Assembly (NCBI GenBank): GCA_050084985.1
Contig: JBITNC010000001.1
Location: forward strand, 70,246,001 to 70,310,000
Length of the DNA stretch: 64,000 nt
Reading direction: 5' to 3'
From: Nageia nagi
Lineage: Eukaryota; Plantae; Pinophyta
The translations under genes and the position numbers were made by a program. Shown in pieces: positions 50,060-64,000 of the stretch; the stretch's first letter is position 1; the number at the start of each line of letters is the position of its first letter. A model generated the notes under the pieces. It did no database searches and was not told the DNA's origin. It saw only the letters and a list, made by a program, of their open reading frames with translations.

Positions 50060-53000
50060 TGAAAGGAATAAGCTTAAATGAATAACTCCCTAATTACCTA
50101 AGATCACATAAAGCTCTCTCAAATTCTTTAAGCATTAGGAACACAAACTCAAAGTAGAATTCACAAAAGATGACATCAATATAAAGTGGTTCCTCCAACC
50201 ATGGGAGTACATCCACTAATCTAATATCTTATTCTTATAGAGCACTCTCTTACAATAGCACTTTCTCACGTCTCCTACAACCTATATAAGAGCATCACTT
50301 TGCTACAAAATTGAGTGAGTGATCTCAAGAAGAGGGTCCTCTATTTATAGTCCAAAAACCTCCCTTGGATCACCCTTTCAACCAATGTATAATGTCATGA
50401 CATGCATCACCCTTTTACCCAAGGGGCATGCTCATGATATGGAGTGTAGGACAAGTTACATTATCATATTCACAAATACTTAAAAGGTATCTATGGATAC
50501 TTTAAAGTATTAGTGAATTTGCATTATTATATTCACTAAATACTTAACATATTTAGGGATATCCTTAAGTATTAAGTGAATTAGATGAAGAGACTTTATA
50601 ATAATGCATTATACATTCCAACACTCCCCTTTAATGTAATATTAGGGTAAAGTGAATAAGAGAGAAGAAAGAGAGAATTCTCCTCCATAGAGATACAATC
50701 AAATATGAGAACATATACATCTTTGAGAAATAATCAATATCTTAGATTAATACTTGAGCACTAATTTACCATTCGACAAAATGGCTTATAATACAATCAT
50801 TAACTATAACTAGTTTCATTATACAAATTAGTCATTTGGCAACAAGTTGACATGATGAACCTCCATGAGCATGCCCATTTGAAGTAGTTAACCTACACTC
50901 TCATGAAGAAACTTGCAAGATATAAGCACCTCATAAACAAAATCAATCAGATGCATCATATAAACATTCATGTCAACATAAGATAAATGAATCAATTAGT
51001 GTCATCTATAAACTGATTAATGGTGCATTATAAGTCACCACAAATATGCCAACCTAATACTCATAGTCACTTGTTATATAAAAATATATGTTTATCAACA
51101 TAAAAAATAGACCATAAGCACATATGAGTTCCTCAGATATGGGATAACTCAATAATAACAAAAAGCACATACTAGTTCCTCACATATTGATAATTGAAAC
51201 TATGCTAGCATAAGTCATCATATGCTCAAAAATGTATAACTAGTTCTTCACACAAAGTGAACTAACCATGAAAGTGTAAACAAAAAAATCAACACTATAC
51301 AACAAAAAAATTCTTCTTAGGGATGAAGTTGTCATCGCAAACATGATTTCAACAAGAATTCAACCTTCACCCCCTTGAGGGAAGCTTCACCAACCCAACA
51401 TATTTCCTAAGCTTGTAAAACTAAGCTTCAAAAAGGGGATTGGTGAACAAATCAATGGAGTTTACGACTAATGGACAATATTGTAATTATAGGATGCCAT
51501 CCAAAACCTTTATCTTGATAAAATATGCTTGGATTTTAGCATGTTTTATTCTTTGATGGAAAATAAGGTTCTTTGCAAAAATCATAGCCTACTAATTATC
51601 TAAAGAAAACTATGATGGATGAGCTTGCTCATACCCAACTTCTTTCATAATATACCTCAACCAAATATCTTCCTAGGTCATGATTAACATGACTTGATAT
51701 TTTGCCTATATGGTGGAGAGAGAAATAATAGGCTGCTTCTTGGAAGACTAAGAGATATCACATGAATCAATGCTAAACATATAAGCATAGATTGATTTAC
51801 TATTATCCCTATCTCCCCCATCATCAGAATTTGAGTACCCTGAGAGAACAAATGAAGGCAACTTGAAATACTTGAGAGCAAGATTCTTCATTCCCACAAC
51901 ATACCTCAAGATTTGCTTAACAAAATTGAAGTCCTCAACATACAAGTTTGTCATAAGCCATGTCATAAGATTTATTACAAAGGTAATATCTGGTTTGAAG
52001 ATAGTTAAATAAAGAAGACTATCAATTAGTTTCCTATAAGATGTAGCATCTACCAACTATGAGTTAAAGCTAAGAGTTAGAGTGATTCCAAAAGAGATCA
52101 AGATTGCAACAAGTTTGCACTTCTCCATTCTAAAATTTTGCAATATATCTAAGATATACTTAGATTGACTAAGGTAAGTATAATCCTTATATTGGTATAC
52201 TTGCATGCCAAGGTTGTAGTGCAATAGATAAAGATCAATCATTTCAAATGTTGCCTTAAGTTTGGATATGCACTCTTGGATGATTTCATCATTATTTTCT
52301 ATGATAAAAATATCATCCACATAGAGAAGAATCAAGACCAAATCTTATCCTTGATTGAGCATATATAGATCTCAATCGAAGAAACTTAGCGAACTTAATG
52401 TTTATGAAGTATCTTGAAATATTTTTGTACCAAAAACTAGGTACTTGCTTAAGTCCAAACAAGGACTTCTTTAGCTTGTACATAAGGGATTATTTACCTT
52501 CCACAACAAATCCTTTTAGTTAATTCATGTAGATCTCCACATCTAAGTTACATTGAAAAAAGCATTCTTGACATTAAGTTAAAAAAAATTTATACTTGAG
52601 CTTTTGAAAGAGCAATGATTAACCTAATAGTTGGCATCTTTTCCACTGGAGCAAAGGTTTCTTCGTAATCAACTTTGTATTTCTAAGCAAAACCTTTGGT
52701 TACTAATTTTACCTTATATTTGACCTTGTAAATCCACATATTGCCAATCACATTTCGTTCAAAGGGATAGGGAACTGTATTCTTCCAGAATTACACTTCG
52801 AGGATGGGGTAATGCTCTAGCATTCTTTATTATTTCATTATTTTCAATAAATCATTCTTAACTCCTGCTTCCTTATCCCCTTTCACATGTATTTAGCCTC
52901 TTTATAAATATTATCTCAAGTCTAAAGAGTTTCGGGTATTATCAGTATCTGAGAACTGTTTATTTATATGTGAGTCTTATGTATTTTAATTCAAAAGGTG

Positions 53001-56000
53001 TAATTGCTATCTAGCAGGTGTTATGGTAAATCCTAGGAATAAACATCAGTTGATTCAACTATCTTTCTAGGAACTCTGTGTATAGAAGAGTCATAGTTTC
53101 TAGATTTTTATCTAACTCACAACTAGGAATAAATGTATCATATCCGGGTAATACTGTAATATATAAGAGAAGTATACGTCTGAGTCAAGTTCGAGAGTTA
53201 GTGTAAATATAAATTAGGTTCATATCTACGTTTCTAGTGAAAGATATTAGAGCCTGCCATTATTTAGAGAGTTTAACCTAACAATCAAAATTTGCAAGAA
53301 ATATTGCAAGAAGATCAATTACACCCTACTAATTTTCATTAGTGACATCACCTTTTTTAAGTGAAATCAACGAGTCCTGGGATGAGCAATAACGAAGCAA
53401 TGTTTCATTCAGTGGGAGATATTTTATAAGAGATCATATAGGACCTATCGATTTTGAGTAATGACATCATAAATTTTAGCTAAAATCAATGGATTTTGGG
53501 ATAAAAAATAAGAAAAATATTACTTAAAGATAATCAAATAAAGCCCATCGATTTCAAATGATGATGTCACACCTTTTGCTTGAAATCCACAAGTATTAAG
53601 ATAATCTTGATCATCATTAGAGCCCGATAAGGAGAGATAGAACCCGCCATATTGAAAGAAGAATGATGGGAAAGAAGTAATGCCTAGGTTCATTTGATCT
53701 TAAGTGTTTGATCCCCAAGTCTCTATTAATGTGTCGACTACAACTCATTTTTACATAATAGTAGCAATTTCTTCTTGGACTTTAATGATATACAATTCAT
53801 TGCCTTTATTATTCCATGTAACCAAAATATAATGCTAATCATTAATAATCTATGGAGAAGTAGATAGTTATCGATAAAGCATAGTGTCAAATCGTACTAA
53901 TCAAGTTACATACAAGTGCATCTTCAATCAGCTATAGAACTAGGAGAAATCAGTCAATGATAAATCAGAAAGATTACAGCTCAATCAGTATAATGGCTCA
54001 AAAATTTCAAATTTCAAAACTATGGTGTTGTTGGTACTTGATTACTATGTAATTTTACATAGTTTGTAATATTAATTATAAATAGTTTTCCTTACTATTT
54101 TCAATCAAGAGGAGTATTTATGTATATTAATGATAGACAACCACTTAGTGGGGATGTACATTTATAAATAGAGAACTGTTATAAGTCCTAAAGGTAAAAC
54201 ATTTTAGCAAATTTGCCCAAGTCTATAAGATGCTTCTGTATATGATAATGCTTTACCCTTTTGAACAAGTGGCTGTCTATTACACTTTATGAATGTTATA
54301 TGAGAGATGTTATCTTAAGTTGTGTCTGTGTATTATTATTGCGACACCCCAAGGGTAAGATAGTTTGTTATTCTTAATCTTGGTTATGGATTATTATTTA
54401 TGCTGTAGTACCAAGGCTACATAGTTTTTATTTACTTTTAGTTTAATGTGTTCATCTCTTTTCTATTACTCTTCACCTTTTATTTATTTCTTATTACTTT
54501 CAACCTTCATAATTTATAAGAACTAACCTACAACTCAGAGATTGAGCAAAAATTAAGATGAGCGCATCCTCACCACTTTCTGCTCTCTCAAGGACCCTAT
54601 TGTTGCAAGAAATGTAGAACATGATCAGACCAAACCCTTGAGGTTATATTATATCGATCAACAGGAACTAAGTCCCATGTTTGATTTTTCATTAGAGCCT
54701 CATACTCCACTTTCATGGATTCCATCCAATATTTGTGCTTTGAAACTTCCTTGAATGATGATGGCTCATTCTTGTTATCAATTTTAGAAAATAGGGATTT
54801 GTTTAAGATCATACTTCTTGTTATCCTTTACGTTGGAGAATTTTACTTTTAAGGTGATTTATCTACACTAATATCCAACCAGCTAGGTGCAACAAAAAAG
54901 TTATCAAGATCATTTAGGTCCTCACAGAAAGAAGATTTTTCAAAAAGTTCATTGAGCTTTATATCCCTTGAAATAAACACTGCTCTAGAGGAAGGAGAGT
55001 AATGTAGCCACTATGTTAATTACCATATCCCACAAAGATGCATTTTTTGGATCTCTTATTTAGCTTTTGTATTTTCTCATAAATAATGAAGCCATAAGCC
55101 TCACAACCAAAAACCCTAAGATGAGAGATATTAGGTTTCTTTCCCTTCCATGCCTCATATGAGGTTTTACCTTTAACTTATTTTATAGGAAACTTATCCA
55201 AGGTGTAGATCACAATGCTCATCCCTTCATCCCTTAAGAAACTAGGGAAATTTCCCAACATGCACCTAGCCATTTTTTGAATGGTTCTATTTTTTATTTC
55301 GATAACACTATTTTATTGAGGGGTGTAAGGGATTGTGAATTGCCTTTTAATCTCGTATTTAGCATAAAATTCATTAAGCTCATTTCTATTATATTCACTC
55401 CCATTATCAGACCTCAACATCTTGATTTTGAAGTTAGTTTGATTTTCAACTAAGGCTTTCAAATCTTTGAACCTATAAAAGGTTTAATCCTTGTGCTTAA
55501 GTAGATAACTAAATGTCATCCAAATAAAGTTGTAAATGAAATTTAAGACATAAGATGCTCCTCTAAAAGACTTAATTTGAAACAGACCCATAAATTATGA
55601 ATGAATAAGTTGAAGTCATTATGTTACCCTTGTTGCCTTATCTTTCTCAAAGTTTTCCTATTCATCTTACCTAAGATGCACTTCTCACAAAGACCAATTG
55701 TGGATGATATCAAAGGGAAACCTTCCACAAGTTCTTATTTTTTATGACTTGAATACTTTTGTGATTAAGGTGGCCTAATTGATGGTTCCAAATATTTTTT
55801 TTTAAGAAAATATTCATAGCAAGCCACATCTTTATTGACACTTGATCCATAATATAGAGATCATCTTTCAATGATTTTTTCACCAAAGTGGTAAGTCTCT
55901 TATTAATGCACCAAGAGTGTGAGTTGAACTCGAATGAGTATCCTTTCTTTGCAACTTGAATTATGGAAAGAAGGTTCATATTGAGTTTAGTCATGTAGAG

Positions 56001-59000
56001 CACATTTTTAAGAACCTTTTCATGGAACAACACAATTCCAATCCCTTGAACTTCAAGGATTGAATTATCACCTATCACAACTTCATTCTTTCTATAAAAA
56101 TTTTCAAACTTATCATTTTCAAAAAATACATGTGATTCATGCATTCAAAGTCAACATTCCAATCATTAAAAAATGTGTGAGACCTGTAGTAAATACCATA
56201 AATAAAAGTACTTTTATTCTTCTTCTTCTTGCCTTTGAAGTTGTTTGATTTTCCAATTCCTTTACCACCTTATTTTTTCTTTTTCTTATAACATACATGT
56301 TTAGTTTGATTTTATATTGAGTTTATTCAAATCAATCATATATACATGTTCAGTTTTAACCAAATATAATCAAGAAAACATGCTTAAATTATTCAACCAA
56401 TTTCACATATGTAAAAGGTTTGCAATCAAATTAAATGACATATCTCATACATCCAATATTTTATCATAACCAAATAACATTATTGTATAAAGGGTAGAGT
56501 TGAGGTTGTTTCTTGTTTTAAAATTAGGCCTTCACGTAGATGTTCGCATGCAAAACTTGGTGATGAAATCCAATCAATGATGGAGCCCCAATCCTACCAA
56601 TCATCAACCACTTCCCTTATGATCAATAATATACTCTCACAAGGATAAGTACTAGTTATTTTTTAAGGGTGTGACGTATGTTGGATCAACCAAATTATTA
56701 TCTTGATTAAGTTTCAAGTTATCCTTTTAGGTTATCAAAATCATCCTTTAATGGACGTGTGAACATGTGGTATCACTACACACATGCATGCCCACCTATA
56801 TGGAGTTATGTTTAGACCAACAAAGGACTTAAGGGTAATTAAGAAGTACGAACTTTGCACCATTTGAATTGATAGACTAAAGGCTCCAATCTGCCTTATC
56901 CTCCCTTTGTGGCTCCCAAAATAAGTCATGTTGTGGAATAAAATATGTGGATGTGTTCATTTTAGTGGTTACACTTTCAATATTTGTAACTTCTATAAAA
57001 AATAAAGCAAAGTTGCATAAAGTGAAGTGCTAAAAAAGATATATCATCCAAAATTGAAACTTAAGAGTTCAATGGATTTTGTTACCAACCCCAAGAGGAC
57101 CTCTTTACAAAAATGCGCAAGTTCATTATTTTTAAGCAACAAATAAAAAACAAGGACTCTTTTCTTAAAAACTTGAACTTAGCAAAAAAAATGCTTCCTT
57201 CCAAAAAAGTACTCAGGTAAAATAAATATCCCTCCCATTGCAATTTTACCTTAGAGAAGGAAACAAAATTATTTTAACACTAAAGAAGGAAAAATAACTT
57301 CCCCTTTAACGCTTAGAAAAAATATTGTCTCCCCTTACTTTTACCATAATTTTTTTTTACTTTAAAAATCCCTTCTCTAAGGATAAAATTTCAACAAAAG
57401 TTTTCTCCCCTAAAAAACTTCACACCTTCATAAGTGGTAAAAAAATACACACCTTTTCCTTAAAAAAATTGAAGAATTTAATTCACTCCTCAAAGTTTTA
57501 AAGGCCTAACTTCCCATTTTTAAGAAAATATTACACATTTCCTTCTTTTAAAAAAAACAAAATAGAGGAAAAAATCTCCCTTAGGGAAAAAATACTCCTT
57601 TTAAAAGTCAAAAAGTTCTGTAGACTCTTTTTACAAAATATATTAAAAACTATTAATATTATTTATCATAGATTTGAAATCGGCATCAAATATTTAATGT
57701 TCTGCAATGTGTTCAATTGAAGCCACACAAATTACAGGTATGCAATTAATGGCAACAACTGCCCAACATCCACTAAGTGTGCATGAAAAGGTGGCGTGTA
57801 ACATGGTTTTAACATCCATTAAGGATCTAAATCCACTACAGGGTTGGCCAGGAGGGAGTAAAGTGATCGCCAGAGGAAGGGCTTCTCGTTAATTAAGCCG
57901 TGCAGGGACGATCCATAATAATTTAGGTACTTCAACTGCCCATATTATGGTAGTCCATTTCTACCTCAGTTAATATTTGATTTTGATTGCAGAGGGTGCA
58001 GGACATGAGGGCGATTGAGTTCGGCCAAGGTCAGGCTGGGGGCATCGGTTATAATGTGGTGGTTAAAGATTTTCTAAAAATAATTCCACTACCTCTTTTT
58101 TTTAAAAATGCATTTATAATATTTTCAACTACTCTTTGATGGAAGACCATAGTTTACAAAGTATTTTGTAACATATAAATTTTATTTTAATTAATGACCT
58201 ATGTTTATTATTTTAACGTATAAAATAAAATATACACTGTTAATTTCCATTGTATAAAAATATATACTTTGCTAATTGCCCCTCTCCATTTAATTTTCTT
58301 TTACATAGTGTAAAATAACAATAACCCCTCATTTTTTAATACACTATGAACAAAAAATATAACAATTTGTAAAAAAATGTACAAATAAATAAATTTTGCA
58401 AAAATTTACCTTCTTATTTTTGCAAATTTATACTTTTATAAATTTCAAAATAGTTGCATAACAATACATTATTGTTATTTTAAAGCAATTTAGAAAAATA
58501 TATATAACTAACAAATAGTATTAGTATAAATAATTACATAATAATAATATATTGTTCTTTATAAGTAAATTTTGCTAAAAAAATGAACACACACATAACC
58601 AAGAGGGTAGGAGGTTATACCTTCACTTGATTTTACCTTTCAAGAATGAAGATGAATCTCCAAATATGGAAGGAGTAAGAATGACCTCCAATATGTTGAG
58701 GAGAAGCCTTTAAGTGTGACTCTAAATACCAATTGAAAGGAATAAGCCTAAATGATTAAATCCCTAATTACCCAAGATCAAATGAAAGCTCTCTCAAATT
58801 CCTTAAGCATTGAGAACACAAACTCAAAGTATCATTCACATAAGATCACACCAATATAAAGTGGTTCTTCCTATCATGAGAGTACATCCACTAATCTAAG
58901 ATCTTATTCTCAAATAACACTCTTCCAACAACACTTCTCTTACAAACTAGACAAGAGTATAACTTTGCTATAAACTTTAGTGAGTGATCTCAAGGAGAGG

Positions 59001-59246
59001 GCCCTCCATTTATAGGCCAAAAACATCCCTTGGATCACCCTTTTAACCAATTTACAATGTCATGACATGCATCACTCGTGTACCTAAGGGGCATGCTCAT
59101 GAGATGGAGTGTAGTACAAGTTACATTATCATATTCACAAATTTCATTACAATATTCAACAAATACTTAAAGTATCTAGGGATACCCTTAAGTATTAAGT
59201 GAATTACATGAAAAAACTTTACAATAATGCATTATACATTTCAATA
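50060..59246 (-). mobile_element. Inner Copia element, both LTRs present, degenerate
   Basis: LTRs 50060-50623 and 58734-59246; TSD GTAGT/ATAGT; PPT and PBS on the minus strand; RT (LYVDDI), RNase H, integrase and protease remnants. Confidence 0.88.
52776..54663. mobile_element. Solo LTR (1.89 kb) splitting the Copia RT
   Basis: TG...CA ends with perfect TSD GGAAC; the RT reading TWDLVP resumes YPFER across it. Confidence 0.85.
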
Positions 59247-60558
59247 ATAGTTTTCTTAGTTTAGGGGTTCGTTACGTAACAAGGCTTTAGGAGCTTTATA
59301 ACATGCTTAATGTTAACACAAGCATTAAGAACTTATCTAAAAGCAAGGTTAATTAACACTAACTTGCTTTGGGAAGACTTATTTCTAGTCACAAAAGCAT
59401 TAAGAGTCCACTATATAGGGGGTTTGAAAGTAGAGTATGCAATTTATGATTTCATTCCTTTATCTTGCAAGGATTGACCACTTTAGCATCTTGTCTTCGT
59501 ATTCTCTCTTCTTTGCTTTCTTCCAAAGCTTGTTCTTTTTCCTCTTGATTATCTTCAATCTTATAATACAACCTCTTGTTTTATTGTGCTTTGAAGACAT
59601 CGTAAAGATACTCCTATTTGCATTTTCAAAATAAGATTAGAGCAAGGTGTATGAAAGAACATATCTACACATATTCAAGTAATAATTCTAACAAAGAATA
59701 ATTCCGCCCCCCCTCATTTTTTAAGAAAAAAACACTTAATATCCTTTTGTTTAAAAAAAAAGAAGGTAAAAAAGCTTTCTTAAAAAAAAACATTCAGGAA
59801 GAGAGAAAATTGCCATATTCTTAACATAATAATAATTCCCTTTTATTTACTCAAAATTTTGAGGGAAAGGAAAAAAAATCCCCTTTTTTAATTAATAACT
59901 CCAATTTTTTTTTAAATTAGAGTTTAAAAAAAATAACTCTTTTTTTATTATAGAAGATAACCTTTAATAAGATTTTACTCCACCACCAACCAAGACTGCA
60001 AATATTTAAGACAAATCCATAATTAAGGCAACAAAACCTCTTACTTCTCACCATTGGAGTACAATCCTCATTAAGAAGTGCCATATTTTGAAGATAGGAT
60101 GCAATGGTGGTGGGTAGGAGACATGCAAGGGAGGAAAGGGTGATAATAAAGGAGTGGGGTTATAGCAACGAATAGGGAGGGTCCGCATCATTGGCTGGAG
60201 GTGGGAAACGAGGGGAACATATCAGAGAGTAGAACGGGTGCTAGTAAGAGTCTATTCAAGTCTGTGTGGTAAGGGATAAGCGATGGGGAAGGAATCCAAT
60301 CAGATAGTGTTGGTGGCATGGGGAGGAGGTTGGTTGATGTTTTGAGGTTAAGGGTGGTTCGAGAGTGGTGGGTGGCTGCAAGTAACCCAGGGTGATCAAA
60401 TTCACACCCATCAAGGCATGGGGCCAAGAGCCAAGCAGCATGGTGGTAGGAAATCAGGTCGATGAGGTCAGATTCACACCTAATAGGGCATGGGGTCATG
60501 ATTCGATGACATGGTGATGGGCAAGTGGGTCAATGAGGTCATGTTGGTTCAAAGGTTA

Positions 60559-61025
60559 TAGCATTTAAAGGGTGGATGATGATGGATAGTAGCATGGGTT
60601 AGAAGCTACAAAGGTCGAGGGTAGGATATGGCATGCTCTTATAGGGTCGTGCACCTACCAACCCTTAAAAATATTTTAATTCCCCTTTTGTTTTATAATA
60701 TGATACTTTTTGTATATTTAAATATAACAATAATTTAAAACTTGTAACATTTTCATCTACTCTTTGATGGATGGTTTATAACAGCATGGGTTAGAAGCTA
60801 CAAAGTTCATAGCATTTTAAGGGTGGCTGATGGTGGATAGCAGCATGGGTTAGAAGCCGCAAAGGTCGATGGTAGGGTATGGCATGCCCTTACAAGGTCG
60901 TGCACCTGCTAACCCTTAAAATATTTTAATGCCCCTTTTGTTTTATAATATAATACTTTTTGTATATTTAAATATAACAATAATTTAAAACTTGCAACAT
61001 TTTCATCTACTCTTTGATGGATGTT
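60559..61025. repeat. ~250-bp tandem duplication
   Basis: Two similar copies beginning tagcatttaa..gggtgg and ending ctactctttgatggatg. Confidence 0.85.
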
Positions 61026-61202
61026 TTATATTTTTATTTCACAAAATGAAATGTGCATAATAAAAGGGTATTTGGAAAAAAAAATGCCATTCCTTTTATT
61101 TTAAAGAATAAGGATAATCTAATTAACTATTGCAAAGTAGTATATATATTTTTTACTAATAATATATTGTTATACTAACAATTGTAGAAAATAATTTTTA
61201 TT

Positions 61203-61205
<3 letters not shown>

Positions 61206-61235
<30 letters not shown>
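61206..61235. repeat. (TA)n microsatellite
   Basis: About 15 TA units. Confidence 0.9.
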
Positions 61236-61238
<3 letters not shown>

Positions 61239-61500
61239 TTAATATTTTCCCCTTTTTGTATATATAAAACAATAACCCCCTTCTATATATATATATAGCA
61301 AAATCAAATTTACAATTTTTTTTAATATTTCTACATTACTAGTAAAAAAATTACAAATTTAAACTAGCTTCACGATAAATACATAGATAAAAATATGTTA
61401 TTGCTACACACACATCAATTTTTTACCAAAAAAATTGCAATTTGTAATTACTTAACAAAGAGTAAAATTTGTTAGTATAATTTTTTTTTATAACAACAAC

Positions 61501-61560
61501 ATATAATTACATATAATCACATATAATTACATACAATTACATATAATTACATATAATCAC
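61501..61560. repeat. 10-bp minisatellite (ATATAATTAC) x6
   Basis: Six consecutive units with 0-1 mismatch each. Confidence 0.9.
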
Positions 61561-62249
61561 AAAGTTAGTATCATGAAATAACAAAATAAAAGGAGAGAGG
61601 TTTTACCTCAAAAATGAAGAAGTAGGATGAACCTCCAAGGATGGCTCTAGATACCAATTGAAAGGAGAAGAACCTCCTACACCCAAGATCAACCTTGAAA
61701 TATTCCTTCCAATCTTCATAATAGAACTCAAAACTTAGGAACACAATCACATTCATACACAAGTGACACAAGCAAGTATAGTGGTTCCTCTCAAAGTGAG
61801 AGTACTCCACTTTGAATCTAGGAATGTATTACTTCTCAAAAATTATAATGCTCTCTCACTCCTATCCTCCTAAAAACTATGAGCATAACCTTGCCTCAAA
61901 CAAATGTATAGAAAGCTTGAGGGAAGCCTCCTATTTATAGCATAAAATCCCTTATTGTCTCACCCTTTTATCAAAGGGGTAACTTAAATATCCGATGGAT
62001 AAGTATTCCTATTTTTAACCAAGGGATAAATTCTCCTACAAGTGGATGAGGGCTACAAAAAATTGCACTTATTTTTATTCCCTAAATACTAAAAGGTATT
62101 TAAAAATACTTTTAAGTATTTATATGAATTAATCTAAATGAGAAATATTTTAGATACCTAATAATGCATTACAAATTCTAACATATTTTAGAGGTATTAA
62201 TATGAAAATACTTTCCAAAATTTCCTTATGAGCCTATTTGGAAAGATTT

Positions 62250-64000
62250 GGTCTACAATGCATAAAGTATAAAAATAATCATTAGCTATTTTTTGCATAC
62301 CTAGAGTAGTAGTTTCTTTGAAGCCTTCTACATTGGTAAGATAACTAACCAATCATAATATCTTTGTGTTATAGTTTATTAGTAGAAGAAATTTGTAATC
62401 TTATGTCCTTATTTGAGCCAAGTTATTATGGATATTTTCCTCAAATATATCTTTTCTTTCTTATCAATATCCTCCTCTTGCAACAAGGTACTTTCTTGAA
62501 GAAGTAAATGTTATAGAATTAGTTTTATGTGTATCTTTTTTTCTATTTTGTATATTCTCCCTTTCAATTTTACTATTTGTTATTGAAAATATAATAGTTG
62601 AGATTTACTCCAACTTTTCATCTTGCCTTTTATATATTTCAACCTAGATTGTAATTGGTTTTGTTCTGTTCCATACTTTGGTCTACCTTATTGCCACCAT
62701 TATTGTATCAATTATGGTAACTCAAATCTAAAGGGGTGGTTCTTAGGTTGGTGTGTTATGAGGGTGACATGGATGCTTACCAAAAAGTGGTTTGAAGATA
62801 AGGGATTTAGGACCTCTTAGTGATAACTCCAAATATGTTGAATTATTTCCTCTACCAACATTATGTTTAGTTTTGATTTTATTGTTTGATATCCTTTCTT
62901 TTTATTAATCCATGTAATACCACATCCTAGAAGTGGAATACCAATCAAGTTCAAATTTGTATCATGGACAATCATAACCTTGTCCTTCTCACTTAATTAA
63001 GATAGACCTCCCTCTTGGTCATCCATTGACATCTTGGCATTACAATCTCTACCTACTACTAATAAATCTCTTAGGTATGCTTCTATTATAACTTGAATTG
63101 TATTCCATTGATTTTTTTGTTCCTGCACTACTTCCATCCCATATACATTTACTATTAACCAAATTGTGTTTGATTCCTAATCTCTTAACTAGATCATTAA
63201 GATTTATCTACCAGAAGTTGATCTAACCTATTGAAGGTATCTATATTCCACATTGTAGTCAATTCTCTTGAAATATACTAAGCAACTTGGGTTTCAAAAT
63301 TTACTTATCTCCAACACCTTTTTGAAATGGTTTGCGTTGCTACAAGAGATGTTCTAGTTTCCTATAGTAACACCACTTCTAGGTGGCTATCTTCTATTTT
63401 TTAACAACCATTTAATCCCCTTCATTCCATGTAGTAATAATAATTTGGAATACATATTATAAAATTTGGCTATGGATTTTACCAAGCCTAATTCCCTTAA
63501 ATACTCTCCCTATTGCTGTATTTTCTCCCTATTTATCCTCTTATAGACCCCTTGGAAGTTTTTATTTTCCTTATTGATAGTATATTATTAGTGCTCTGTT
63601 GAATAGATTTTCCATCCTTTCCTCCCTTCCCTTATTTTATCTTTGTTGTTCAATTGTTACTGTAGTTTGAAAAAGATGATTCTCTCCTTATTTAGGCTCT
63701 TCACCATTTTCTATCAGATTTGAGTTTGGTACTTCTTCTCTTTCCATTGGATCATTAAAACTTAAGATCATATATTTGTTAGATGATCTTCTCCATTATT
63801 GGCATTGACTTGTGTTGGATCCCTTCTATTAGTATCTCTCTCTTATGTGGGTAGTATTTCTTGTTCCTCTTCTCATAACAATTTGAAATCCTTGTTCACT
63901 CTCTTTATGTGAAAGTTGGGATCTTGAGTTTGGATTTGTTTGATTTATCTCTTCTTTACCCACTTTAGGGAAATATATGGCTAAAGGTGCATATTCATGA
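62250..64000 (-). mobile_element. Degenerate L1 LINE: ORF1 end and ORF2 endonuclease region
   Basis: WLIVNVYG near 63150 and LSSNHFLVSI..HPFRFE near 62780 (the SDH..FRFE end of the APE endonuclease domain). Confidence 0.7.

Larger units (their letters stand above)
47231..62183 (-). mobile_element. Outer Copia element (5' LTR 61659-62183, long leader, gag to integrase; 3' half lost), interrupted by nested elements
   Basis: PBS TGGTATCTAGAGC next to the LTR; gag (TSTKEAWDKLKKIY), protease (VDSSCINHM) and integrase (KILRSDNGGEYIS) remnants at 47231-49560. Linking this LTR to these remnants is inferred from the TSD of the inner element. Confidence 0.7.

Overview
Eukaryotic plant nuclear DNA, most likely a large-genome gymnosperm (inferred from the giant TE-filled introns and a Tat retrotransposon with its extra RNase H upstream of RT). 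There is one recognisable host gene: the 5' part (6 exons plus a possible micro-exon) of a minus-strand homolog of the chloroplast S1-domain RNA-binding protein SDP (Arabidopsis At1g12800). Its first intron is 25.9 kb (18455-44364). About 22.6 kb of it is a single TSD-flanked CRM-type Gypsy element that acted as a landing pad. It holds a Copia element, a TRIM-like element, solo LTRs, a LINE ORF1 fragment, a TIR element and a nearly intact 3.9-kb hAT transposon with perfect TIRs and TSD, whose 5-exon transposase is broken only by one extra A in a homopolymer. The intron after the last visible exon runs off the left edge and holds a TSD-flanked Copia and the Tat element. Upstream of the gene (45-64 kb) is a graveyard of minus-strand L1, chromovirus, CACTA and nested Copia remnants. 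The host gene shows 1-nt frame anomalies at short homopolymers, including at its start codon; these may be assembly errors, pseudogenisation or unusual initiation. I found no prokaryote-type systems, CRISPR arrays or RNA genes. All family assignments come from motif recognition, not database searches.
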